64,000 bases of DNA from Massalongia carnosa (taxonomy: Eukaryota). Under the pieces are notes generated by a model that was not told the origin of the DNA, did no database searches, and saw only the letters and a program-made list of their open reading frames with translations. Shown piece after piece: positions 36,675-48,649 of the stretch; positions within the stretch are counted from its first letter, which is position 1; every line of letters starts with the position of its first letter. The position numbers were made by a program, and so were the translations under genes. The DNA is taken from the NCBI GenBank assembly GCA_965645245.1, contig OZ287076.1, positions 2,046,001-2,110,000 of the forward strand, written 5' to 3'.

Positions 36675-37676
36675 GTGTTATTGTTACTTATAATTATCCT
36701 ACTCGGTCTGATAAAGCATACCCTCACCCTCATCCTGCCCTTGCCTATAAAACAATCGGTGCAGAAAATATGTGATGAGGTGCGGAAAAAACAATTTGAT
36801 CAGGAGATTTTGTGCAATCAACAGCGAATACGCAATCCTAGATTGATAGATAGAAATGCTTTTACGCTACTCATTGGGAAAATTACGCATCATGCCATTG
36901 GCCTCGTTTCAAGAGAACTCGATGCCGCCAAATCATTAGCTGAACGAATCCTTTCAATTGTCCCTGATGGTGGAAGCTGTGTTTATGATTGTGAATTGCA
37001 TTTAAGGTATGGTCTCCCATGCAAATGCTGGTTGTATAGCATCATCGACTCGGTCCCTATTCCCGTTTCCCTCATCCACCCCCGCTGGTTTTTTTATGGC
37101 CCACCTTATGCGGTCTCTTGGCAAACGACCTTCGATCTCGCTCGCGGCTCGGAGCCCGAGGTCGAAAAGATCGTCGATGAGGTCGAAGGGACGAGAAAGA
37201 TTGAGGCGAATAAGGATGAGGTCGAGCTCGAAGAAGGCGTGTTGAGTGAGGATAGATTTCGCCGCGGGGGCCTTGATTTGCTACATTCTGTGGCATATCA
37301 ATCTATTGACCTGCATCAATCAATAGAAGATTCTCATCGAAGGGATGAGTACGCTCGCGAGCATGCTCACATCGTTGAAAAGTTCAATAAGAAATGGCAA
37401 AAGAAGGAGCTGATAAGACCTCTCATCCCCACCACATTCCCTGACGAAATTCGGCCCAAAGAAAACCTCATGTATAAGAAAGGAGGGAGTCGTCGACGTG
37501 CCTACACTGGTCGCGAGGCAGCTGAGGCTAGAGAAACCGAACAGCGACGTACTAGGCGAAGGGACTCTATTGAGCAAGGGAGGAGGCTTAGATATAATAG
37601 ATTGCGTGCTGGGGGCGACGATGGGGTTGAAGGTGAAACAGAAGATAAAACTCACGATGTTGCAAATAATGAATGA
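36675..37676 (+). pseudogene. C-terminal fragment of a MULE transposase (SWIM-like zinc finger, no DDE core)
   Basis: CVYDCELHLRYGLPCKCWL...LIHPRW lies inside MULE TIRs. Confidence 0.7.
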
Positions 37677-37787
37677 TAAATTCACGTGTAGGTATAATAG
37701 CATGATTGTCATTGAAGGTGATTATCTATGTGGGCTACTTGTCTGCTTTATATAGCAGTCACAAAATAGGCACATCTAGGAGCCTAA

Positions 37788-37916
37788 ACGGTCAGACCTT
37801 GTCCCCTTATATCTGCTTGTTTAGGCACCCTGACGGTCAGACCTTGGTTCCCATATCTGCTTGTTTAGGCACCCTGACGATCAGACCTTGACTCCCATAT
37901 CTGCTTGTTTAGGCAC
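37788..37916. repeat. About 44-bp tandem repeat x3 inside the MULE
   Basis: Units of acggtcagaccttg...atatctgcttgtttaggcac. Confidence 0.85.
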
Positions 37917-39172
37917 TTTGCCAGGCACCTCCCGAGGCTCATGATGGATGCCCATATTGATGGTGGCCTCATCATCTAACATATAACAGCAAAGTTATTG
38001 CGCCCGGGTCGGCTAATATTGGGTACAATAGGTTTAGGAGAAAACTTAGTTATGGAGAGAATCGAAAACGCGCCTATCGTCTCCGACGACGATGACGAGG
38101 TGCAGTATATAAGCACTTCAGCCCATTCACGGTCGTTCTATGGGTCCTATGCTTCCTTCGGATGACGTTAATGATGTTATTCTTACATCAGAAGCCTCGT
38201 CGGATTCGCTCGGAGATATTGACGATGTGCTTGCCAAGCATAGTCAAAAAGCCCTACCTCAGGCAGCGCCGCCTCCATCTCTTTATCGTCTCAGTCAAAA
38301 CGTGCGCACCAGTCAAATTCTCCTACTTTCTCTGCAACAACGCGAAGGTCTCGGGGTGTGGCGAAGAAATCAAAGGCTCAGTTGGAGTTGGAATCTCAGC
38401 AAAGAGTCGAGAAATCAGTCAAACAAGCTAGGGCTCAAGCGAGAAAGGAAACGGCGATGAGAAAGGTGGCTAAAACCATGAAGCCTAGAAAAGATGATGT
38501 ATCGCAATTGGCTGACAAGTTTTTGAAGTTGAAGTCATCGCAATAGGTAGATTTGTAGATGTTGAATACACTTATTCAGTAACAGCAACATTATTAATAC
38601 GTAGTGTAACTGCTAGCTTGTACGCACCCTGGATGAGTAGTAAAATGGCTGTTTACTAGTAAACATTTGCACAGGGGACGGTCGGGGGGGGACTGTCCCT
38701 AAGCATCTCGTTTCCTCATCATCATCTTTGGCTGTCAGTGCCGGAGGTGGTATAGCTGTTCCTAGGACATGGTCCCAGAGCTTTGCCTCCTCCAAAGCAA
38801 AGGACATGTCACGCGTCCATTGCTTGTAGTTGGTCGAGCCGGTCAGCTTTTTAAAGCTATAATCGTGGTTCGAGTCTGATGCCATCGCTGCGGCACAGAA
38901 AACGATTGGTCGGTCGGGTCAGGCCGGTCGGGTCTGGTCGGTCGGGTCTGGTCGGTCTGGGTAGCAGCTAACTGGCTGGTCAACTACCGCTGTGGTCGCA
39001 GGAAAAGCTGATTGGCTGGTCAACAGTCCTGATTAGAATACTCGTGGTCTAATTAATCATGCTATTGTCATGCAGTACGCGCATCCGGGTTCTCATAATC
39101 TATTGGGGTCGAGACTTGATCACCTTGGTGCATGATACGAATATTTGGAAGGGATAGTTCATTTGTTTACTA

Positions 39173-39608
39173 TGGCGAGAGCTAGTGCGGGACCGATGCT
39201 ATTCGGCTACCAGCGGATTCGGCTACCAGCGGATCGGCTACCAGCGGTTCTCCACGCATGACGGGGACAGCAAAATCCATATCCGCCAGGAGCTGTTTCG
39301 GATAACGACGGGGGATCGGATAGGGAAGGATGGATGACAGGGGGGAGATGGAGGCTATATAGAGGGCCAAAGCAGTCCTACATCTCCTCATCATCTCGGA
39401 TTCGGAGGTAGCATTGCATAGTAGTTTTTGACCCGCCCACCCACTCCAGGTCTCAGCCGCAGAGGTAGAGGGAGTATCCACCGCGATCTGCACCAAGGCC
39501 CGAAAGGGGGCGCTAGGTAGAGGCGCCGGCGAGAGTGACGGCGCCAGCGAGGTGCAGATCGCTGTGTTTCCGCCAACCTTAGAAATAGAAGCAATACGAG
39601 GTCACATG
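39173..39608. repeat. About 435-bp GC-rich solo-LTR-like insertion in the Copia C 5' LTR
   Basis: Absent from the sister LTR at 31920-32096. It starts with TG and contains (ggctaccagcgg)x3 and TATATAG. The TSD is imperfect (tacta/aacta), so the ends are approximate. Confidence 0.6.
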
Positions 39609-41611
39609 AACTAGCTGCAGAGATTTTACCAAAACTCCAAAATGCACGCGAGGCCCAAACGGGCAGTCACCAACTCTGGTTTGGCCTCCTAGCCCAAACA
39701 CCAACACTAACACCCAAGAATTATCATCTATGGATTAGGGAATTACAAGGAATATCCGAGAAAGCGAAGGTATGGCAATATGTGGACCCCAATGGTTCAA
39801 AACCGGAACCCGAAGAGGGAGAATATCCGGAAGTTTCACAATATCAAGTCCCTATTCAAGCGCAGCCAGCAGGTGGAATTGCTTACCCCATTATAGAAGG
39901 TGGAGTTGTAATAGCCACGAAATCGGCTGAGAAATACGACAATTTATCGGCTGAGCAAAAGGAGGACTATAAAATGGAGATATCAACCTATAAGATGAAG
40001 GAAAAACAGGTAGAGAAGGTCACCCAAGGACTCAGAATAGTGGACAATGCACTAAAGAGCTCCGCACGAGCATACATCCCCCCCAATAAGATGGCTTCAT
40101 CGGTTAGGGAAATAGTGAAAATTCTGGCTGCAAGATATAAGCGGTCAGATGACCAAGTCATAGAGCAATTGCATGAGCAATTGCTAGCCCTAAAAACCCC
40201 GCCCATTAAAGGTAAAATAGAGGCATGGGTAGCTGATTGGGAGAATATTAAGGGAAAAATTGTTGAGCTCAATGTAACGGGCCTATTTAGCTCCGAGACC
40301 ATGTTTATCAATGAATTTCTCCAATCAGGGAAGAAATGGGCGCCCAATTTCTGTGAAAACTGGTTAATGCAGCATAGGGCTGCTAAGACGACGGTTGAAT
40401 TTTACGAGACAAGCAGGGAATATCGTTTAGCCGTGGAATCATTCCTGAATGAGGCAAAATCAAAGTCTAGAAATCAAGCTAATGCAGCCTCGCTGCAGGA
40501 GCAAATGCAAGACGAAAATAAAGCTCCGGGGCCTAGCCAATCAAGTCAATGGAATGGCCAATCAAAAGAGGCCAGATTCAAGGATAGAAAGTGCGTATGT
40601 GGGAAAATACACCTGTTTAGGCTATGCCCATATATCGTCAAAGCAGCTCGCCCCCCTGCATGGAAGGAAGATAAAACCGTACGCAATGCAATGCGTCAGA
40701 AAATTCAGTCAAACATTCGGTTTTTCATGGCCATTAAGAAGGTCACCGACACCAACATACTAGATGGAATAACTGAGGAGTCAGTCAAAAAGAGCTCCCA
40801 AAGCAGAGAATGATCAACATAATCAGGGCAATCACATTGAATTGCCTGGTCAATCCTTCTCGTTTGCGAACATTACATCCAGGGCAAATAACCCCTTGCA
40901 TAAAAGCGTCATATTTGACTCCGGATGCGATAATCCTCTGACCTATGATAAATCATGGTTTATAGGAGAAATAACCCCAACTTCGTCAGACATATGGGTG
41001 GACACTCCCGACGGGGAGATGAAAATCCATGGTCATGGCACAATGAGGGTAAATGGCCTATTGAATGGCTAAAAAAGGGAGCTATTATTCGAAGGAACAG
41101 CTTATATTCCTGATTCATCAGTGACGTTGGTTTCGGCCAATAAGTTGAAAAAACGAGGCTTTTTCTGGGATATGTTCACTGATACCCTTATAGTTAAGGA
41201 GACAGGGCAACAAATATGTGAAATAAAGGAGCACTATGGGCTCTCAATCATAGAATATAACCTTGAATCCATAGATATAGGGTTTGCTAACTCAGTACGC
41301 CACGCGATACGTCAAAAGCAACTCCTTGGAAATAGCATCTTCGGCTCGGTCATTGCCGGCCAGAGGTGATTGACCAGCTAAAGAAGATCGATGAGGTGAC
41401 AGTTTCAAAAGGCGTAGGGGGTGAAAACGCACCTAGGACCATTCAATGCGAAACGTGTGCAGTCTCCAAAATGCATAGAGTCATCAATAAAGCTCCGTTA
41501 GGGCGTGCCATCAAGCCATATCAGGTGCTTCATTTTGACCTAACCATCAATGATAAGGGGTTCGATGGAACGAGCTGTATAGCTCATTTTACGGACGAAT
41601 TTACCTCATAT

Positions 41612-41937
41612 TGAAGAAGGGTAGTCGTGCGTGCTAATGGAAGGTGGTGGTACGTGATGATAGATGGCGAACTGAGCAGTGAACACACACACACACAAAC
41701 GTCTGAATGGACCTACAACTGCATAGACATGAAAAGAACTCGACGACTGAACGACTAGTTGATGCACGAAATGAACATGTGTCGATGACTACGTGACACG
41801 ATGATGATGATGACAGCGTAGGTGATAGAAGATGATGTCCGGAGATGATGAAGAAAACGCCAGCAAAAAACCCGTTTTATCCCCACACAGGCCTGCCATG
41901 TCACCTGACCATAGATGACACATGTCGCCCCACCACA
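41612..41937. repeat. Solo LTR inserted in Copia D integrase
   Basis: 326 bp with TG...CA ends and 4-bp TSD atat (41608-11 and 41938-41). Removal restores DEFTSY|VWVFPL. Confidence 0.85.
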
Positions 41938-43422
41938 ATATGTATGGGTTTTTCCATTGAATGATCATAAGGATAAGACCCTATTGCCCATCTTCAAAAG
42001 CTTGATCAATCAATGCGATAGGGCTGGCATTTCCATTAATTCAATGGTAACCACGATTCGCACGGGGCAAGAAACATCAATAGGAAAAGCCCTAGAAGCA
42101 TGGATCAGTCAGCAAGGCATAGAATGGTCATGGTCAGCAAAGAATACCCCTGAGCAAAATGGCGTTTCGGAGCGTTTCGGAGCCCTATTAACTGAAAAAG
42201 CTCGATGCACCAGGGAATATGCAAAAATACCAGAAGACCTGTATCCGGAGTGCTATTTAGCTGCAGCCCATCTGATGAATCGAACCCCCAATAAAGCTCT
42301 AGAATGGGACTCCCCATTAGTCAAATTGCAGAAACTGACCAATCCGGGCCAATCAGTCAGATACGAGCTGGCTCATCTAAAAGTGTTTGGTTGCAAGGCG
42401 TATCCATTGCTAAAAGGGGCCGATGCTCCTCCCAAAAGCAATAAGTTGAAATCTAGGACATTTGTTGGCTATTTGGTTGGCTATGATTCAACCAATATCT
42501 TCAGGATATGGAATCCAGAAAAGGGAGATGTCAGCGGTTATAGAGAAGTCATATTCAACGAAGATGAGCTTTATAGCGCCTATACGTCGAATAAGGAGCT
42601 GTTGCTAAAGGAGACTGAAAAAGCGAGCTTTATAGAGTTTCATGTATACGAACCACACCCCGCATTTCAGGAGATAGATAGTGAGGAAGAAGAATGGCTA
42701 GACCTATCAGTCAATAAGCGTATAGAGCAATTGACCATAGAAGATAACTCACCTAGTCAGGACGAAATATAGGAGAAAATAACTCCCTCATCAACGCCCA
42801 TGCAACTGGAAACGCCGATAGAAACATCTGAACCAGATATCAGCCCTAATGTCTCCATAGATAAAAGAAGGGCCAAAAAGGTGAGGGCATCAAAAATTGA
42901 CCCTCCACAACTCCCGCAAACAGGCCGAACGCCCCTCAATGTGACGGAAATAGAGCAATTATCAGGAAAAAGGAGCGATGGGATAAATGAGGCAAACGTT
43001 ATAGAGGGAAAACGTACTAGGAAACCAAACCCTAGATACGCTGCAAATGGAGCTTGGTCAGCAGAAGAAATGTCGAAATTCCCTCAATTTCATACAGCGT
43101 TTATGGCGGGGACGGCGAGAATGACTAATCAGCTCCGAACTGATGATTTGCCCGACCCCCCATCTCATTGGCGAGCTCTGCTAAGGCATCCCTATGCAGA
43201 TGAGTTCATGAAAGCAGCTAACGTTGAATGGGAGGCAATTTTCCATAAAGAAACATGGGAAATAGTTGATCAAGATGAGGCTATATAGCCAATATTGCCC
43301 CTCAAATGGGTTTTCACCTATAAGACTGATTCGGACGGCTATTTGGCAAAGTTCAAAGCACGTCTAGTGGTTAGAGGTGAGCTACAGCAAGATAATGCTC
43401 AAGATGTTTATGCAGCTACCCA

Positions 43423-43581
43423 GGTGTCTCGGATGATCTACATTTCCAATAAAAATCCGGAAATGTGACATTCACTTTGATGTTTCGGATGATCTACATT
43501 TCCAATAAAAAACCGGGAATGTGACATCCAGATGTCTCGGATGATCTACGTTCCCAACAAAAAACCGGGAATGTGACATCC
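43423..43581 (+). repeat. Three remaining hairpin-forming 50-bp units of the E1 5' UTR array
   Basis: Same units as 47722-48044 (units 4-6). Confidence 0.9.
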
Positions 43582-46500
43582 ATTGGGATGAAACGAAATC
43601 TCCCTGCCATCGATTTTGCCCTCTATTCATAGTCAGCATCTGCGTATCAGTTATAAGACTGCAGGATTATGGCTTCGAGCAACAAAAAACGATCTCGATT
43701 TATCAATCCCAAAATCACAACTAAACGCCTCAAATCTATCTTTGCATCTGCATCTGCTTCTGCATTTAGATCTATTATATCAATCACTGCCCCATTGCTA
43801 CGTGGCACTTTTGCCGAGATCCAATAACTCTCAGAGCCTCAACCAAATAATAGGCCGGCAACAAGGCTTGAACGAGATTCTCAACATACATTACAGGCGG
43901 CTAGTGCGGCAATCGTTGCTTTTCTCTTAGAGGATAACTCAGATTAATCAAAATTGGATTGCTTTGTACCATCATCCCTGAGCCTCCAGTCACTCCCGGT
44001 CAGTCCACATCAAAATCGGACCTAGAACCGCCCAGCGACTGTGATCCTTTCGGTCTAAGAGCCAGAACCAAGCCACCAAGCACTTATAATAGCACTCCGT
44101 CGGAATCCGGTAAAACCAAACACCAGTTCAAGCCAGTCCATTAACAAGGACAATCCATCAAGCTCTTCCAATAAACCCTTTCCATCATGAGTGAAAAAAT
44201 CTCTGGGTCGGGGCCCTATAGCGCTATTGATAGGATTCCTAAGCTAGTGGACCACGAGGGTTATCCAGCATGGAAGCGAGCCATGCGGGATTGCCTCAAA
44301 ATGATAGATCTTTGGATCTATTGTGATAACACTCAAGCTGCACCACGCCCAAACGCTCCCAATGATGGCTTCAACAAATGGAAAAAGGGCCAAGATAAGG
44401 CCTGCACTGCTCTTCGATTAGCTTGTGAAGGAAATGCCTACACCGATATAGAAGACCATACTACTGCTTCCGTCGCCTGGGACCTGCTTGAGTCAAACTA
44501 TAAGCCTCGCGGTTCGGGATTCCTCAATGACACCTTCAGAAAACTAGACAACCTTATCCTATCGGATTGCAGCAGCCCTGCAGACTACGTTACCCAATTT
44601 CGCGCCACGGCCAATAAGCTTCGCACCTTCTCAAGCAAGCTAAGCCTGGACGAAAACTGGCTTATCTATCGTTTCCATACCAATTTAGGCTTCGAATACA
44701 ACAGCTATTTCCAACGATACGCTCAGGATCATGATCCTTTCAATGAAATGGGTGAATCCAAGCACACGTTAAGTCAGGCTATGCAGCATTTCCAAAACAC
44801 GGTGACCAACCCAAGCAAGTCCAGCGATAAGGCCGTAATCGCAATGGCAGCTGTTTCAAACGATCAAACCCAAGCAGGAGCACAATCCGGAACAGCCCAT
44901 TCTCGAATCATCACCAAGACCATCAAGTACTGCAACCACTGCCGAAAGGACTATCACGTAGAGAGCGAGTGTCGTGAAAAAAATCCACCCCTCGTTAACC
45001 AAGACTCACAGCGTAAGTCCAATAAGCGTCGTAGGAATTCCAAAAGTCAAGGTCAAAGTCAAAAGCCAACCGGAAATAATGACTCAACCAAAGGAGCCTT
45101 CTGCGCCTACATGGCCACCGCGGATATAACAAAAATATCTAAGCTCTGGATCTGTGACTCTGGAACTAGCCAACATATTACCCACGATCGCTCCATCTTC
45201 ACATCATTCAAGACATCCGATTGCCCACCAATTCAAGGTATTGGAGGAGTATTAATTCCCAAAGGAATAGGTAACGTAACGTCATGTTGCGGTGTGCCGG
45301 TAACGAGGGTCTTCGGGAGTTCCCTCTTTTCGATGTGTTATACGTTCCGGACGGAGGCCTAAATTTCATCTCCCAAGGACAATTACAACGAGATGGATGT
45401 CCCCTGAAGATTGTACCAGAGGGAATTGAAATCGGGAACTATGGTATCACCGCTCGCCGCCAGGACAACAATCTGTATATCCTGAAAATGTAGAACGTCT
45501 CTGAAGCCGCTCTCGCTCTCGCTGCAATTAATAGCGAGGCGATAAAAATGTGGCACGCTCGTTTAGGCCATCTTGGAAATCAAAACATACTCAAGCTCGC
45601 TGGCATGTCAAAAGGAATGGACCTCACCAAGCCCCCGCCCCAAGGCGCCTGTCCTCCGTGCGCCATCGCTCAGTCCCAAGTAGAACCACACCGGGCCCCC
45701 ATCCAACCAGGCAAGCACCCGCTGGACTTAATTCACAGCGATATCCAAGGACCTTTCCCAGAAGCCTTGAATGGCGCCAAATATATGGTGACCTTTCTTT
45801 GCGATTTCGATAAACGGTCCCACGTCACCTTACTGCGCGTCAAAAGCCGAGTCCTTCAAGCTTTTAAAAACTACAAGAAGCAAAATGAATATGGAGACAA
45901 ACGAATTAAGCGCTTGCGATCGGACTGTGGGGGTGAGTATGACTCCAAAGACTTCGAGAATTTCAGAAACAAGCATGGCATTCAGTGGGAACCTACCGTA
46001 CCGGGAAATCCACCCATGAACGGGACAGCCGAGCGCCTAGGTCAAACGCTTCACAAGTTAGCCAGCACCATGCGAGAAGGCGCTAAACTCGACATCAAAT
46101 ATTGGGCTGAGATGGTTCTCACAGCCAACTACCTAAGAAATCGACAACCAACTGCAGGACGCTCCATCACCCCCTACGATTCTCACACCGGCAGCCCACC
46201 AGATCTAGGACATCTAAGGATAATAGGACAGACTGGCTATGCGCAAAATTGCAAGCTCTCCACCGGATGGAAGAAATTTCAGGAACGAGCCACCAAATGT
46301 ACTTTAGTAGGATACGAAGGCGATCATATCTATCGAATGATAAATCCACGGGGCGCGGTCATGCGTTATTCCAATGTTCAGTGAATGGATAACAATCCCC
46401 CAACTCCTCCTTCCTTATCATTCTCTCAAACTAAAAGAGCCCTATTGGAATTTGCCGAGATACCTGAATATTTGCGACCGAGGTTCTTTTGCCTCCTGCT

Positions 46501-47721
46501 TACTAATTTCCAGATTAGGCAATCATATGCTATATGCGAAAAGCTTCAGATTTCGGCACGACTTCGGCAACTACGAGGAGGCAAAGGTATGCAGCAAAAA
46601 TGCTACATTTCGGAGGCAATTCAGCTGTTCATGATCACTGAGTGTCTCGGTGTCTCCGGTCAGCAACGAGGTGTATTTTGCCCAGCTGAAAAGGTTCAAA
46701 GGAAGCAGGTTCATGCATTTGATATAGGCCGAGATGGAGGCCCTCAAGCAGTATAAAGAGACGATGATTCCTCATGTAATTTAGCTATTCAGTCGTTCAG
46801 AATTCAGTTCAGCAGATAGCTAAATTTGGAGTATCTTCACTGGAAATACGGAGTACCTGCATCACGTTTGCCAAGCACTTCTCTTTGCCTATCCTTGATA
46901 GCCCTAGACCCTCTTCTCCTGCATCCCGCTGCCGTATGCCTGGTTGATTTTTTGTTCAACAGGTTATGAGCCCGGATAGCACTCTATTCAAATCCAGGAG
47001 TATTTATCACTAGATCTTTTATCTTAGGGGATATAGCCCGTGTGCTTGTTTGAACTCCTAGCTATCCATTTCGGCACTCGAATAGGACGACTCCTTCACC
47101 ACCAAAATGTCTGCCTCAGAAGACAGCCAAGATACCGGAGGTGCCATGAGGGCATCCACCACCCCCGAGGCAAGCAAGGCCTCCTCATCAAAGGACAAGG
47201 GCCTAGCGGCTATGACAGCCATTGATGGGGGATATAAAAGGGGTGCCGGTGTGAAAGTGTTAGAATGTACAAATCAGGTTACTTCATTTCAGCCGCACTC
47301 ACCTTCTACCGCACGAGTATGGCGCACGCTAATGGCTAGACGTATCGCTAGTCTAATACTAGCATACCGTACATTGTCTATAAATCTAGCTATTCCCACT
47401 ATATAGAACAACAGCAAGCGTTCTATCCTCTATCTACTATACTACCTTTTGATAGGTTATGAGCCCGGCCGCAGGGCGCCTCTTTACATGTGTTTGCTTG
47501 TCTTACTTTACCTACCCTAACACAAGCCTCCTTACCGTCGCAAACAATTACCGTCGCGAATAATCTCCTACAAAAAAATCCGACACAAATCGACACATAT
47601 GAAACAGTCGGCAGTGTTTGAGATGGCTAAGCACTACTATCGGGCGCCCGGCTTCTTCTTTGCCCCTTACTAAACGAACGCTAACAAATATTTTAACAGG
47701 CACCTCCTTGCACTTCGTTTC

Positions 47722-48044
47722 GATGTCTCGGATGATCTACATTCCCCACAAAAAACCGGGAATGTGACATCCAGATGTCTCGGATGATCTACGTTCCCAA
47801 TAAAAAACCGGGAATGTGACATCCACTTCACTTTGATGTCTCGGATGATCTACATTCCCAACAAAAAATCGGAAATGTGACATCCAGGTGTCTCGGATGA
47901 TCTACATTTCCAATAAAAAACCGGAAATGTGACATTCACTTCGATGTCTCGGATGATCTACATTCCCAACAAAAAACCGGGAATGTGACATCCAGATGTC
48001 TCGGATGATCTACGTTCCCAACAAAAAACCGGGAATGTGACATC
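47722..48044 (+). repeat. Six hairpin-forming 50-bp units in the E2 5' UTR
   Basis: Unit GATGTC-tcggatgatct-ACATTCCC-aacaaaaaacc-GGGAATGT-GACATC, separated by alternating short spacers. Confidence 0.92.
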
Positions 48045-48649
48045 CATTGGGATGAAACCAAATCTCCCTGTAATCGATTTTGCCCTCTATTCATAGTCAG
48101 CATCTGCGTATCAGTTATAAGACTGCAGGATTATGGCTTCGAGCAACAAAAAACGCTCTCGATTTATCAACCCCAAAGGCACAACTAAACGCCTCAAATC
48201 TATCTTTGCACCTGCATCTGCTTCTGCGTTTAGATCTATTATATCAATCACTGCCCCATTCCTACGTGGCACTCTTGCCGAGATCCAATGACTCTCAGAG
48301 CCTCAACCAAATAATAGGCCGGCAACAAGGCTTGAACGGGATTCACAACATACATTACAGGCGGCTAGTGCGGAAATCGTTGCTTTCTCTTAGAGGATAA
48401 CTCAGATCAATCAAAATTGGATTGCTTTGTACCATCATCCCTGAGCCTCCAGTCACTCCCGGTCAGTCCACATCAAAATCGGACCTAGAACCGCCCAGCG
48501 ACTGTGATCCTTTCGATCTAAGAGCCAGAACCAAGTCACCAAGCACTTATAATAGCACTCCGTCGGAATCCGGTAAAACCAAACACCAGTTCAAGCCAGT
48601 CCGTTAACAAGGACAATCCATTAAGCTCTTCCAATAAACCCTTTCCATC

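Larger units (their letters stand above)
36519..38710 (+). mobile_element. Mutator-like (MULE) internally deleted element inserted in Copia C gag
   Basis: About 100-bp TIRs cgagatgcttagg...cgtacaagctag and 9-bp TSD tttcctcat (36510-18 and 38711-19). Removal restores gag AKDDDEE|RVERIYQ. Confidence 0.92.
31920..39706 (-). mobile_element. Ty1/Copia element C, full length, degenerate, inserted in Copia D gag
   Basis: LTRs 31920-32096 and 39101-39706 (the latter interrupted), TSD ctaac (31915-19 and 39707-11), PPT at 32097-32108, degenerate PBS at 39087-39100. gag, PR (IIDSGATDH), IN (34380-35498) and RT (32800-33837, YVDD) are present. Confidence 0.95.
31631..43420 (+). mobile_element. Ty1/Copia element D, 3'-truncated, host to Copia C and a solo LTR
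   Basis: Probable 155-bp LTR 31631-31785 and PBS gttatgagccc (31786-96). gag ATG at 31882 rejoins 39712 in frame (MEETNKATMIALT|PKNYHLW). VIFDSG, IN (PEQNGVSER) and RT start (KWVFTYK, KARLVVRG) follow and break at about 43420. Confidence 0.88.

Noticed and set aside
45272..45283. 5-bp duplication in E1 (and a 7-bp one at about 28502-28515) as excision footprints
   Set aside because: Cannot be distinguished from replication slippage, and no element remnant is present.
46385..46756. Duplicated 120-130-aa ORFs (also 57223-57618) as a cargo gene
   Set aside because: They lie in the identical F LTRs, start in different flanking sequences and have no recognisable domain.
47722..48044. CRISPR-like array of palindromic repeats
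   Set aside because: The spacers are only about 2-11 bp and themselves repeated, no cas genes are present, and the array is part of a Copia 5' UTR found in both E copies.
48080..48607. Upstream ORFs in frame with E gag (also 43616-44144) as a read-through extension
   Set aside because: They have non-ATG starts, stops in both copies and no motif. Their conservation is explained by recent duplication.
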